From Octopus sinensis (taxonomy: Eukaryota), in contig NW_021833406.1 in NCBI RefSeq assembly GCF_006345805.1, positions 1 through 27,314 of the forward strand: DNA of 27,314 bases, given 5' to 3'. The notes beneath the pieces were generated by a model. It was given only the letters and a program-made list of their open reading frames with translations. It was not told where the DNA came from and did not search any database. Made by a program: the position numbers and the translations under genes. Each line of letters opens with the position of its first letter. Position 1 is the stretch's first letter. Below are positions 1-10,401 of the stretch, one piece after another.

Positions 1-196
1 AGTGCGTTTTTTGCCCTAGCAACGACACCTTTTAAGATGGAGATTTCTAACCAAGTCCACTCGCATCCACACCTCATTTTACATGTCCCTGTAAATTTTG
101 GAGTCATCCGACGGGATCTAGTGGCCTTTAACCCGTTCTCAATGCCAAAACCAGACAAACAAACAAACTTTTCGCATTTCAGAATTATAATATAGA
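1..196 (-). mobile_element. Probable 5' end of a non-autonomous Helitron-like element
   Basis: Minus strand reads TCTATATTATAATTCTGAAATGCGAAAAG(TTTG)n from 196. This TC-start, AT-rich, tetranucleotide-microsatellite layout is typical of Helitron 5' termini. The expected flanking A is absent. Confidence 0.4.
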
Positions 197-444
197 GACT
201 TGCCCGGGATTAAGCTACGATTATTAAGCTAATCAAGTTCTTTATTTCAAACCAAACTAAGTAATATCGTCGTCAAATTTGGGGAAATTCCGTTGAAATT
301 GGTTATATTATATATATATTATATATTATATATATATATAATATAATATAAATATATATAGGCAACAGACACGAACACACATGTACGTACGTACATCTAT
401 TGCATGTTTTGTGCATGCATACATGTTCATAAACAGAAATGAAT

Positions 445-1639
445 GGAAAAATCTTGTTAAATTTTGAAAGAATTTCCCTAAAATTTTTCTGGGAAAATTT
501 TCGAAAAATCTTTGGGTAAAATTTTCGAAAAATTGTTGGTCAAAATTTTTGGGTAAAATTTTCGGTGAAAATTTTCGAAATATTTTTGGGGAAAATTTTC
601 GGGTAAAATTTTCGAAAAATTGTTGCTGAAAATTTTTGGTTAAAATTTTCTGTGAAAATTTTGGAAAAATTTTTGGGTAGAATTTTCGGTTAAAATTTTC
701 GAAAAATTGTTCGTGAAAATTTTTGGGTAAAATTTTCGGAAAATTTTCGAAAAAGTTTTGGTAAAAGTTTCGGTGAAAATTTTTGAAAAATTTTTGGGTA
801 AAATTTTCGGTGAAAATTTTGGAAATATTGTTGGGTAAAATTTTCGGTGAAAATTTTGGAAAAATTTTCGGGTAAAATTTTCGGTGAAAATTTTGGAAAT
901 GTTTTTGGGTAAAATTTTCGGTGAAAATATTCGAAAAATTTTTGTGTAAAATTTTCGAAAAATTTTTGGGTAAAATCGGTGAAAATTTTCGAAAAATTGT
1001 TGGTCAAAATTTTTGGGTAAAATTTTCGGTGACAATTTTGGAAAAATTTTTGGGTAAAATCTTTGGTGAAAATTTTCGAAAAATTGTTGGTCAAAATTTT
1101 TGGGTAAAATTTTCGGTGAAAATTTTGGAAAAATTTTTGGGTAAAATCTTCGTTGAAGTTGAAATTTTCGAAAAATTTTGGTGAAAATTTTTGGGTAAAA
1201 TTTTCGGTGAAAATTTTCGAAAAATTATTGGTGAAAATTTTTGGGTAAAATTTTCCTTGAAAAATTTTTGGGTAAAATTTTCCTTGAAAAATTTTTGGGT
1301 AAAATCTTCGGTGAAAACTTTCGAAAAATTATTGGTGGAAATTTTGGGTAAAATTTTCGGGAAAAATTTTCGAAAAATTTTTGGGGAAAATTTTCGGTGA
1401 AAATTTTCAAAAAATTGTTGCTGAAAATTTTTGGGTAAAATTTTCGAAATAATTTTGGGAAAATTTTCTGTGAAAATTTTTGAAAAATTTTTGGGTAAAA
1501 TCTTCGGTCAAAATTTTCGAAAAATTGTTGGTGAAAATTTTTGGGTAAAATTTTCGGTGAAAATTTTGGAAAAATTTTTGGGTAAAATCTTTGGTGAAAA
1601 TTTTGGAAAAATTGTTGGTGAAAATTTTTGAGTAAAATT
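445..1639. repeat. Satellite of 12-13 bp units with an A4-5T4-5 core and an ~87-bp higher-order period
   Basis: Continuous GGGTAAAATTTTC / GGTGAAAATTTTC / GAAAAATTGTT units. A higher-order unit recurs at 1015 and 1102 (87 bp), visible as a 29-aa repeat in spurious ORFs. Confidence 0.95.
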
Positions 1640-2320
1640 GCCAAAGATGCGCCAGAAAGCCTCGTTGCTACTTATGTACCATCCCACCTAATAATGCGTC
1701 ACCTCATCCTGGCAGTATTCTTGTTGAAGTCCAAACATTGCAGCGTGAGAACCCTTGTTTACATATTTGCAAACGTACTTGATGGATTTAACGGAGTTGC
1801 AAAACTCAACGTTGATGTGGGCATTGAAAGTCTTTGACAGGAGTGGGCAGTATGGAACCATCCATCTATTATCAATATCGTGCTGTCCGATAGTTGCTGT
1901 GAAACTTCCGTCTTCTGGTTTTCTGCGTCTGTATGATGGATACCCATCAGCACCTGTCTGAGTTTCTTGTGGGAGCCTCCTTGGAAATCTTTTTGAACAT
2001 ATGCTGTTCTTCAAGCATGGTGAGTTTATGTTGAATCCACGCTCACATGGACCATGTACCATGTTTGCTTTAACTATTTCGTATAGTTCTTTGTCTAAAG
2101 CTGGATCAGGAAGCTCTGCAGAGATTATGTTGTCGATGTCATTGGAATTGATCTTCACTGAGAGCCAAAGCAGGATATGAGCATGTGGAAGGCCCCTTTT
2201 TTGCCACTCGATTGTGTACATGTCACATTGTATGGGCCCAAAGACTTGCCTTTTTTGTATGAGCTCCATGAGAGAGATTAACTTGAGATGGAAAACTCGG
2301 GCGTTGAGATTCCGGTTCGA
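1640..2320 (-). mobile_element. Helitron Rep (HUH rolling-circle endonuclease) fragment, pseudogenised
   Basis: Translation contains ARVFHLKL, YTIEWQKRGLPHAHILLW (HUH motif 2), MVHGPC, HINVEFC and YVCKYVNKG (motif 3 tyrosines). After the TAG at 1688-1690 the frame continues VGWYISSNEAFWRIFG to 1640, so the stop is premature. Confidence 0.95.
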
Positions 2321-2457
2321 ATGTAAGGCAGGTTTGAAAGTGTTCCCAACAGTTATAAGTTGTAGTGGTAGAGTGTTTATGTCGAATATGTACGTATGCA
2401 TGTATATATATGTACGTATGCATGTATATATATGTATGTATGCCTGTATATATGTAC

Positions 2458-2586
2458 AAAATCCACTGAGAAGGCTTTTGTTGGTCTGAGGCTACAGCAG
2501 AAGACACATCCCAAGTCACCACACAGTGGGACTGAACCCAGGACCATGTGTTTGGAACGTTGTTTGTTACCACACAGCCACACCTG
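2458..2586 (-). mobile_element. SINE family A, 5' fragment
   Basis: Diverged reverse complement of the head seen at 6194 and 21677. Confidence 0.85.
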
Positions 2587-2589
2587 TCC

Positions 2590-2633
<44 letters not shown>

Positions 2634-3399
2634 ATGTGTGTATGGGTTGATATATTATGCAGGTATATATGTGTGTATATATATGTGTACATATTACATG
2701 TACATCTATATATATACATCTACACATAAAATACAACGTACAAAGTTATATCTTGATATCGCTAGTTATAACAATACGCAAAATTTATAACAGACTGGAA
2801 TTGTAGGCCCGTCTCTTGTAATTTCGATCAATTGGATCTTGTCCTCCCTCTTGTACAGAAGTGTACGGCTGCAGCGAAATTCCTTTTTGGACTTTCTTCT
2901 ATCGGTGAAAATATCGTCAATTTCCCCAAACAGGGACACAATTTAATTTTTAAACAATAACCAAAGCCCCTTCTCCGAAAGGGGGAGGGTTACGGTTTAC
3001 AATTATTTAACAAATGCAACGCAACAACGTTTCCCTGGCGAGGAACCAACAAACGTGATTACAATAGTCAAACAATAATAATAATAACAACAAACCTTTT
3101 TAATTTATCCCCATTTATGTAAAACCACTTATTGAAGTTCAAGTCATTGATGCAATTTTATACGAATTGCTAATACACACACACACACATAATAAGGGTA
3201 AAAAATTGAATATTAATTTGATTAATATGAATTGAAAACCAGTGGTGTAGCATATAAGACCATAGCAGATCTTCTTCTAGCAAAATGGATGACCATTGTT
3301 AATGGTTCATCCCTGTTATATAATACTTTCACTTTAATAGTGAAAGTATCTGCATTACTTTTAACAAGTAATACTGAAATAGTGGAGTAGATATGATAT

Positions 3400-3554
3400 T
3401 GCTGTGGGGTCGCCCTAGGGAAAAAGTTATGATTTTTTTAGCCGATGACACTCCCCGGACCTTAAGTAAGGCATGTGTAAAATTTGAATGAAATTAGTTG
3501 TTAGTTCTCAAGTTTTAGGGAAACCACAGACAGACAGACAGACACACATTCTCA

Positions 3555-3570
<16 letters not shown>
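3400..3570 (-). mobile_element. Probable Helitron-like non-autonomous 5' region
   Basis: Minus strand reads (TA)nAAAACTGAGAATGTGTG(TCTG)n, the same layout as 1-196. Confidence 0.4.
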
Positions 3571-3591
<21 letters not shown>

Positions 3592-3629
3592 ATATATATA
3601 TATATATGTGTGTGTGTGTGAGTGAGTGT

Positions 3630-3860
3630 GATTGATTAGAAATCGGAGAAAGACAAGAAAAATCAACAACGCGCGGACGTAACACATACAAAGTATTAAT
3701 AAGACGGTCAGGAAAGAAAGAGTAGTTGATTTACGTTTCGGGCATAAAACTTCTTCGAAAACAGGAGACATAGGTAAATCCAAAAGAAAAGGAAGGAGGA
3801 AAAAATCTCCAGCAGTCCATGTGTAGTTACATTTTTCAAATAACCAGAAGTAGATGGATA
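3630..3860 (-). mobile_element. Penelope-like terminal-repeat fragment
   Basis: Minus strand contains TTCGAAGAAG..TATGCCCGAAACGTAAA, related to the motif at 4680 and 19181. Confidence 0.45.
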
Positions 3861-4490
3861 AAAAGAAAAAGTGTTTTCTGGGACAGGAGAGTGTGAAGAA
3901 TGGTTGGTATCTGTGTATATGAATGGTTGGTATGTGTGTGTGTGCGTGATAGCGTGTGTGTGTGGAAGTAACTGGGTGTATGTGTGCATGGTAGCTTGTG
4001 TGCATGTGGTGGTAACGATGTGTGTGTATGTGGTATTAACTGTTTACATGTGTTTGTGTTGTGTGAGTGGTCAGCAGCTATAGTGACAGGTGTATGTATG
4101 GGTGGCTGTGGCAGTGTGTTATGCGTGCTTTTGCACGTGTGCGTCGATGCGTTGGTCAGTAGTGAGTCAGGGGCAGTTTGAAGGGCTGTAAAGATATATG
4201 TGTGTGTGGTGTGTAATATTATAATATATATATATATATATAATAATTAATAAATAAAACATATGCATATATATATACATATATGTACGTACCTACCTCT
4301 ACATGTATATATACACGCATATATGAGTACAGGACACCAAAAAAAAACGTCGAACACAATGAGAAACGAAAACATAGACACAAACCCAAGGAACTGGACA
4401 TTTTTCTTAAACAACAAAAAAATAGAGTACAGGACAAATAGCACAAGGAAAAAAACCCTTCTTCAGTCGCCATGGTTTCATCTACTCTAC

Positions 4491-4598
<108 letters not shown>

Positions 4599-4609
4599 AT
4601 ATATATATA

Positions 4610-4797
4610 CACTATGTCTGATCGCTAAATGCACAATTTCTTAATTCTCTCTCTATTTATTTCCTCCTGTTCCTTTCTGCTGAAGAGCATAGGCTCGAAA
4701 CGCAAAAAACTCTCTCACTTTCCCGAACGTCAAACTATTATACCTGCTTGTTGTTTACACACCTGTCTTCATCTTTTGTTTTTCTGTAAATTTCAAG
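4610..4797 (+). mobile_element. Penelope-like terminal-repeat fragment embedded in (TA)n
   Basis: Contains CTGAAGAGCATAGGCTCGAAAC at 4680-4701, is homologous to 19115-19299, and has (TA)n on both sides. Confidence 0.55.
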
Positions 4798-5102
4798 TAT
4801 ATATATTTATATATATATATATACATATATGTGTGTGTGTGTGTGTGTGTATAGAGAGAGAGTTGGCCAAAAGTCAGCCGACAGTAAATCAAAACCCATT
4901 TAATTCCAAGATTAAAACAAAAAATTATTTCATATGAGACTTCGCTAATAAATATACAATTATTGTAAAAAAAAGCTTACAATATTCATTTATTAAACAT
5001 TCATAACTGGAATGAATAAATAATATTGAATATTAAGTATTAATGGAATTTTGATTTACGGTCGGATGACTTTTCGCCAACCTTTATTCTTTATTCTGTT
5101 TT

Positions 5103-5525
5103 TCTTTTATTTGTTTCAGTCATTTTACTGCGGCCATGCTGGAGTACTGCCTTTAGTCGAACAAATCGACCCCAGGACTTATTCTTTGTAAGCCTAGTAC
5201 TTATTCTATCGTTTTCTCTTGCCGACCCGCTAAGTTACGGGGACGTATACACACCAGCATCGGTTGTCAAGCGATGGTGGGGAGAGACAAACACAGACGG
5301 CTGCACAAACATATACACCCACACACATACATACATACATACATACACACACAAACCCACATATATACGATGGGCTTTTTTCAGTTTCTGTCTACCAAAT
5401 CCACTCACAAGGCTTTGGTCGGCCCGAGGCTACAGTAGAAGACACTTGCCCAAAGTGCCACACAGTGGTACTGAACATGGAACCATGTGGTTGGTAAGCA
5501 AGCTATCTACCACACAGCCACTCCT
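5103..5525 (-). mobile_element. SINE family A, full length (tRNA-like head, CORE-like CCTTGGGCAAGT segment, central microsatellite)
   Basis: End-to-end similarity to 5654-6038, 6194-6720 and 21677-22161. Confidence 0.92.
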
Positions 5526-5526
5526 T

Positions 5527-5571
<45 letters not shown>

Positions 5572-5653
5572 AAGTTAGGAAACTACACTGTACCTGAATT
5601 ATAGAGTGGGTATATTTTTATAGCAGCAAGCAATATATCATTGGGCATGGGTA

Positions 5654-6038
5654 TTACTCTTTTACTTGTTTCAGTCATTTGACAGCGACCATGCTGGAGC
5701 ACCGCCTTTAGTCGAGTAAATCGACGCCAGGACTTATTCTTTGTAAGCCAACTCCTTATTTTATCGGCCTGTTTAACTGAACCGCTAAGCTACAGGGACG
5801 TAAACACACCAGCATCGGTTGTCAAGCGATGTTGGGGGTACAAATACAGACGCATAAAAAGATACACTCACATACATATATATACGATGGGCTTCTTTCT
5901 GTTTCCGTCTACCAAATCCACTCACAAGGCTTTGGTCAGCCCGAGGCTATAGTAAAAGACACTTGCCCGAGGTGCCACGCAGAGGGACTGAACCCGGAAC
6001 CATGTAGTTTGTAAGCAAGCTACTTACCACACAGCCAC
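5654..6038 (-). mobile_element. SINE family A, full length
   Basis: Reverse complement of the family A sequence, including its AAAAGAGT tail. Confidence 0.92.
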
Positions 6039-6044
6039 ATTTAA

Positions 6045-6797
6045 TGTTGGTTTTAAATTGTAGCTGCAAGGCCAGCACGTTTGGAGACAAGAGCTAGTCG
6101 ATTACACCGACTGCAGTGCTCAACTAGTACTCAATATAAGCAACCCCGAAAGGATGAAAGGCAAAGAAGATTTCGGTGGAATATGAACATAACGCAGGAG
6201 GGGCTGTGTGGTAAGTAGCTTGCTAACCAACCACATGGTTCCAGGTTCAGTCCCACTGCGTGGCATCTTGGGCAAGTGTCTTCTGCTATAGCCTCGGGCC
6301 GACCAAAGCCTTGTGAGTGGATTTGGTAGACGGAAACTGAAAGAAGCCCGTCGTATATGTGTATATGTATATATATATGTATGCGCGTGTGTTTGTGTCC
6401 CTGTGTTTGTCCCCCTAGCATTGCTTGACAACCGATGCTGGTGTGTTTACGTCCCCGTCACTTAGCGGTTCGGCAAAAAGAGACCGATAGAATAAGTACT
6501 GGGCTTACAAAAGAATAAGTCCCGGGGGTCGATTTGCTCGACTAAAGGTGGTGCTCCAGCATGGCCACAGTCAAATGACTGAAACAAGTAAAAGAGACCG
6601 ATAGAATAAGTACTGGGCTTACAAAGAATAAGTCCCGGGGGTCGATTTGCTCGACTAAAGGTGGTGCTCCAGCATGGTCGCAGTCAAATGACTGAAACAA
6701 GTAAAAGACAAAAGATAAGATAACGTAAAGACGGACAAAATGCAGCTAATCCTTTTGCCTGGCGTACTAAGAAGGATTCTGGTAATTCGTAGCCTTA
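6045..6797 (-). mobile_element. SINE family B (old copy) split by a family A insertion
   Basis: 6045-6193 and 6721-6797 join to give a reverse-complement match to the head and central domain of 8172-8400. Confidence 0.75.
6194..6720 (+). mobile_element. SINE family A with tandemly duplicated 3' end
   Basis: Has A-box-like TGGCTGTGTGG (GGGCTGTGTGG here) and B-box-like GGTTCAGTCCC. 6476-6589 is repeated at 6590-6702. ATAACG flanks both ends (6189-6194, 6720-6725). Confidence 0.93.
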
Positions 6798-6999
6798 TGA
6801 GTATAGTTAATATTGCAATGTCAGCGTGAATAATGACAATGTCAGCATAAATTCAACAATAAAATTCTACAGAGTTTTATACCAGAATTAGTAAATATTA
6901 CTTGAAGGTTTAAAAAACTATACTCGCTCTATTACTTATTTTGAGAGCATGTTTATTTTTCTGGCTTATGGACAACCAACTGATAATGATTATATATAG

Positions 7000-7037
<38 letters not shown>

Positions 7038-7299
7038 TTGTGTGTGTGTGTGTGTGCATGTGTGTGTGTAATCCAAAAGATGTGTCGGAATGCACGACAC
7101 ATTAGCAAAAGTTTTAGGTATTAGCAGACCCAGTGTCTGCTAAGTTGTGTCACTCTGAATGCCTTGAAAGCCATAAATCGACCATCCCTGTCTTTTTCTA
7201 TCTTCTGTTTTGTTCTTTGTTTCTTTCTTTTTTTTCTTTCTCATTGCAATGCTGATCACCGACAAGAATTTTCTTCTTAAGGGTGTGATTCTATTATTT

Positions 7300-7404
7300 C
7301 ATTTCTATTATTTGTATTTATTATTACTATTGTTATTGTTACTATTACTGTTATTATGTCTTTTATTGATTTTATTGTTATTGTTAATGTTGTTGTTGTT
7401 GTTG

Positions 7405-7434
<30 letters not shown>
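7300..7434. repeat. (TTA)n/(TTG)n compound microsatellite
   Basis: Direct reading. Confidence 0.9.
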
Positions 7435-7436
<2 letters not shown>

Positions 7437-9525
7437 CTTTTCTGTCAATTTTGTTTCAATTTCTTTCTGTGTGTCTTCCCGACACCTAGGGTAAAAGAAC
7501 TCACTGTTTACATTGGTAGACCGTTAAAATAAACACACCAGATTGTTCATTTACAAAGCCCTCTGATAGAAAAAAGAGGAAGAAAGAAAGAATGAAAAAG
7601 AAAAAGGAAATATAAAATTAATGATAAAATGAAAAAGAAAACTAAGAAAATAAGCGTGGGTGGGGGGAGAGACTTCACAGCGACAATGCTCTTCTCAATA
7701 TGTGTGATGTACCAATTAAAACAATCTTTTGCATTTCTTGCATGGATGGTAAGCCAGGGATCATTCTCAAATAATTTTCAGTTCCTTTTTTTATCATTCC
7801 ATGTGCTCCTACAATCAGCGGTATTGTAATCGTCTTGAGATGCTGCATTTTACGATTTCAGTCAGCATATCTTTATATTTTCTGAGCTTATCAAATTCTT
7901 TTGCTGAGATATTATAATCACAAGGTATGCTCATGTCAATCAGTAAGATTTTATTGTTTTGATCTTTCACAACAATATCTGGTTTATTAGCTTTGATGGT
8001 CTGGTCTGTATGTATTGGAAAGTCCCAAAGAATTATTACATTTTCTCCCTCAGTTACAGCCTTAGGGTGGTGCTTATACTATTTGACAGCAGTTTTGATT
8101 TTATAATGCCGATGTATTAACCAGGGTAGATATTGGCAAACTCTGTTACGTATTGATTTATACTCTATATGTGGCGAGCTGGCAGAATCGTTAGCACGTC
8201 GGGTGAAATGCTTAGCGTTATTTCGTCTGCCACTACGTTCTGAGTTCAAATTCCGCCGAGGTCGACTTTGCCTTTCATCCTTTCGGGGTCGATAAATAAA
8301 GTACCAGTTTCGCACTGGGGTCGTTGTAATCGACTTAATCCCTTTGTCTGTCCTTATTTGTCCCCTCTATGTTTATCCCCTTGTGGGCAATAAAGAAATA
8401 TATAGGTGCTAAATCTTTACACCCAGAGATTAAATGATCCACTGTTTCAATCTCACTGTCAGTCTACTCTATTTTTCGCCACATTGGCTTGATAGTTACG
8501 GATCAATAAGCTCTGATCTTGAGCAGCTAAGATAAAGCCTTAGTCTCTGCTTTTAGCCCTGAGCTCTGTAACAACTGACGCGTGTGCTTTTCATCTACAT
8601 CAGCTTGTTTGCTACGGGCTACATATTTACAATGCAAAGGTTTTTGTTCCTACCTATTAGCCAATTGTTCACAGGCTTCTGCCTTTGCCATTGATTTCAC
8701 CTTTTTATGCAACAACAGTTGCTGCATTTCAATCATGCTGTTCAATGTAGTTATTATGTATGAACTCACTAGCAACATTTTTGTTCTCCTTCATGACAGA
8801 ATGAAGCTTCTTACGTCTCTTGTGGCTTTCAATGAATTTTTAGCATTCAGTCGTTAGATGTTTCAAGATATTTGGGCAGTCAGATATTTGGTTTTATCAG
8901 AGATTTTGAATTGGATCAAGCCTCGACTTCCAATCTGCACATGCATTTAGGTGGTGAATCTTATTGCAAGTCAGCATCTTATGGATTTTCTTTATTTCGC
9001 TGATATTCCAGTTCAACACATTGAAACTATAAATAACAACTGGAATCGCTAAGGAATTTATGGCTAACACCTTGTTATGTGTATTTAACTCAAGTCTTTG
9101 CCATAAAGTTTTAAGTCACTCATATAAAATTTTATACCCATACCCTGTTCTGTTAATTTCACTTGAAAGGGGTATATTAGGATTATGCAAAAAATTAGAG
9201 GTGAAACAGAGTCACCCTGGAAAATGCCGCAGTTGATATTAATTTTGTTTGAAGTCTGTACTCCATTAGAGCAGTATGATTGGAGATTCGTATTCCACAC
9301 TGACGTGTGCTTCAGGAAGTTTGATATTACAAAAGAAATTTTGAAGATATCCAGCGATTTTAAAATCTATGAATGCGGTGTGCTATCAAAGGCGTTTTAT
9401 TTATAATCAATCTATGCGGACCAGAGATTTCTGCGTTTGTTATGAAATTCTCAAGGATCATACAATTGATTAGAAGTTGATCTTTGCTTCTATACGAGCC
9501 TCGTCTTCGCCATTTTTGTTCGGTA
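7435..9525 (-). mobile_element. R4/Dong-clade non-LTR retrotransposon (RT plus restriction-like endonuclease), 5'-truncated and decayed
   Basis: Motifs in order on the minus strand: EQK..RGS..KDQLLIN, IDYK..AFDS, GIFQGDSVSPL, YMSDLKLY, NKVLAINSLAIPV, GFILAAQDQSL, ETVDHLISGC, LWDFPIHTD..ANKPDIVV..LID..KE..K..KY, and QKIVLIGTSHILRRAL*. The 3' UTR runs into (TAA)n. Many stops and frameshifts. Confidence 0.9.
8172..8400 (+). mobile_element. SINE family B, full length, inserted in the Dong element
   Basis: tRNA-like head (GTTCAAATTCC B box) and central GAGGTCGACTTTGCCTTTCATCCTTTCGGGGTCGATAAA, which recalls the Meta/Sauria-type SINE domain. Removing it restores LAPIEYK in the host ORF. TATA is duplicated at 8166 and 8401. 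Confidence 0.9.
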
Positions 9526-9609
9526 AATGCGTATAATACATACATACATACATACATACATACATACATACATACATGAATACATACATCATGCATACAT
9601 ACGTACGTG

Positions 9610-9817
9610 TGTGTTTTTGTGTCTTTGCGCCTGTGTATATCCTCCACTAGCGCTTGTTGTGTTTACGACCCCATAACTTGGTGGTTCGGCAAAAAAAGCC
9701 GATAGAATAAATACTAGGCTTTAAAAACAGCAAATATTGGGGTCGATTAGTTCGACAAAAAAATTTTTCAAGGCGGGGTTCCAGCATGACCGCTGCCAAA
9801 AGACTGAAACAAGTAAG
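9610..9817 (+). mobile_element. SINE family A, diverged 3' half
   Basis: Similar to 6400-6590 (GGTTCGGCAAAA..CCGATAGAATAA..CCAGCATG..GACTGAAACAAGTAA). Confidence 0.8.
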
Positions 9818-9974
9818 TGGTAAAATGTATGTGCACGTGTATTTGATGTACGTTTGGAGTCTCGTGGTTATGCACCCGGGGACTTATGTATTTGATGGTA
9901 AACTGGGATTTATGCTTATCTCATGCTTTTAGGTCTTTATCAAACTACACTCTGTTGTATGAATTAGAAAAGTG

Positions 9975-10385
9975 GGATCTTTTCGGTTTGAACGGCAGTT
10001 TTTAACATAATTTCTAGGTAACTAAAACATTTTAAACTTCGTATACTGGTAGAATGTGTTTATAAAACATATTTTTTCTCTTGGCTTTATTGAGAAAATT
10101 CTATGGTTTGTGAGATATTTGTTGTTTTATTTTTCTTCAATTTCTGCAATTTCAACCAATCACTGACATCTATTGAGGTAAAAAAAAAACATTCTGTGCC
10201 GTATGAATATGTCCCTCGTTTAAGAAACAGATTGGGTTTATTTACATTTGTGAAGAAAAAAAAATACCCTTCCCTCCACCCTAAAACATATCGAAATGCA
10301 ATAGATCGATACTCGGGTCATAATTATGGGTGTCAATTTCATATGACACCGCTAGAAAAAACTGCCGTTCAAACTGAAAAGATCC
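9975..10385. mobile_element. MITE with 29-bp TIRs and 8-bp TSD (Merlin-type ends)
   Basis: TIR GGATCTTTTC(G/A)GTTTGAACGGCAGTTTTT at 9975-10003 and 10357-10385 (28/29 match). TSD GAAAAGTG (9967-9974) / GAAATGTG (10386-10393). Confidence 0.9.
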
Positions 10386-10401
10386 GAAATGTGAGAACTC
10401 G

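Noticed and set aside
640-1644. Several 66-139 aa K/F/N-rich ORFs on both strands
   Set aside because: They are translations of the stop-poor satellite, with no protein-like complexity.
1688-2401. 237-aa ORF as an intact gene
   Set aside because: The start lies in a (TA/TG) microsatellite, the stop is premature within Rep homology, and no helicase domain follows.
5264-6431. Recurrent ORFs with HIYDGLLSVSVYQIHSQGFGRPEA
   Set aside because: These are antisense translations of SINE A copies, not a protein family.
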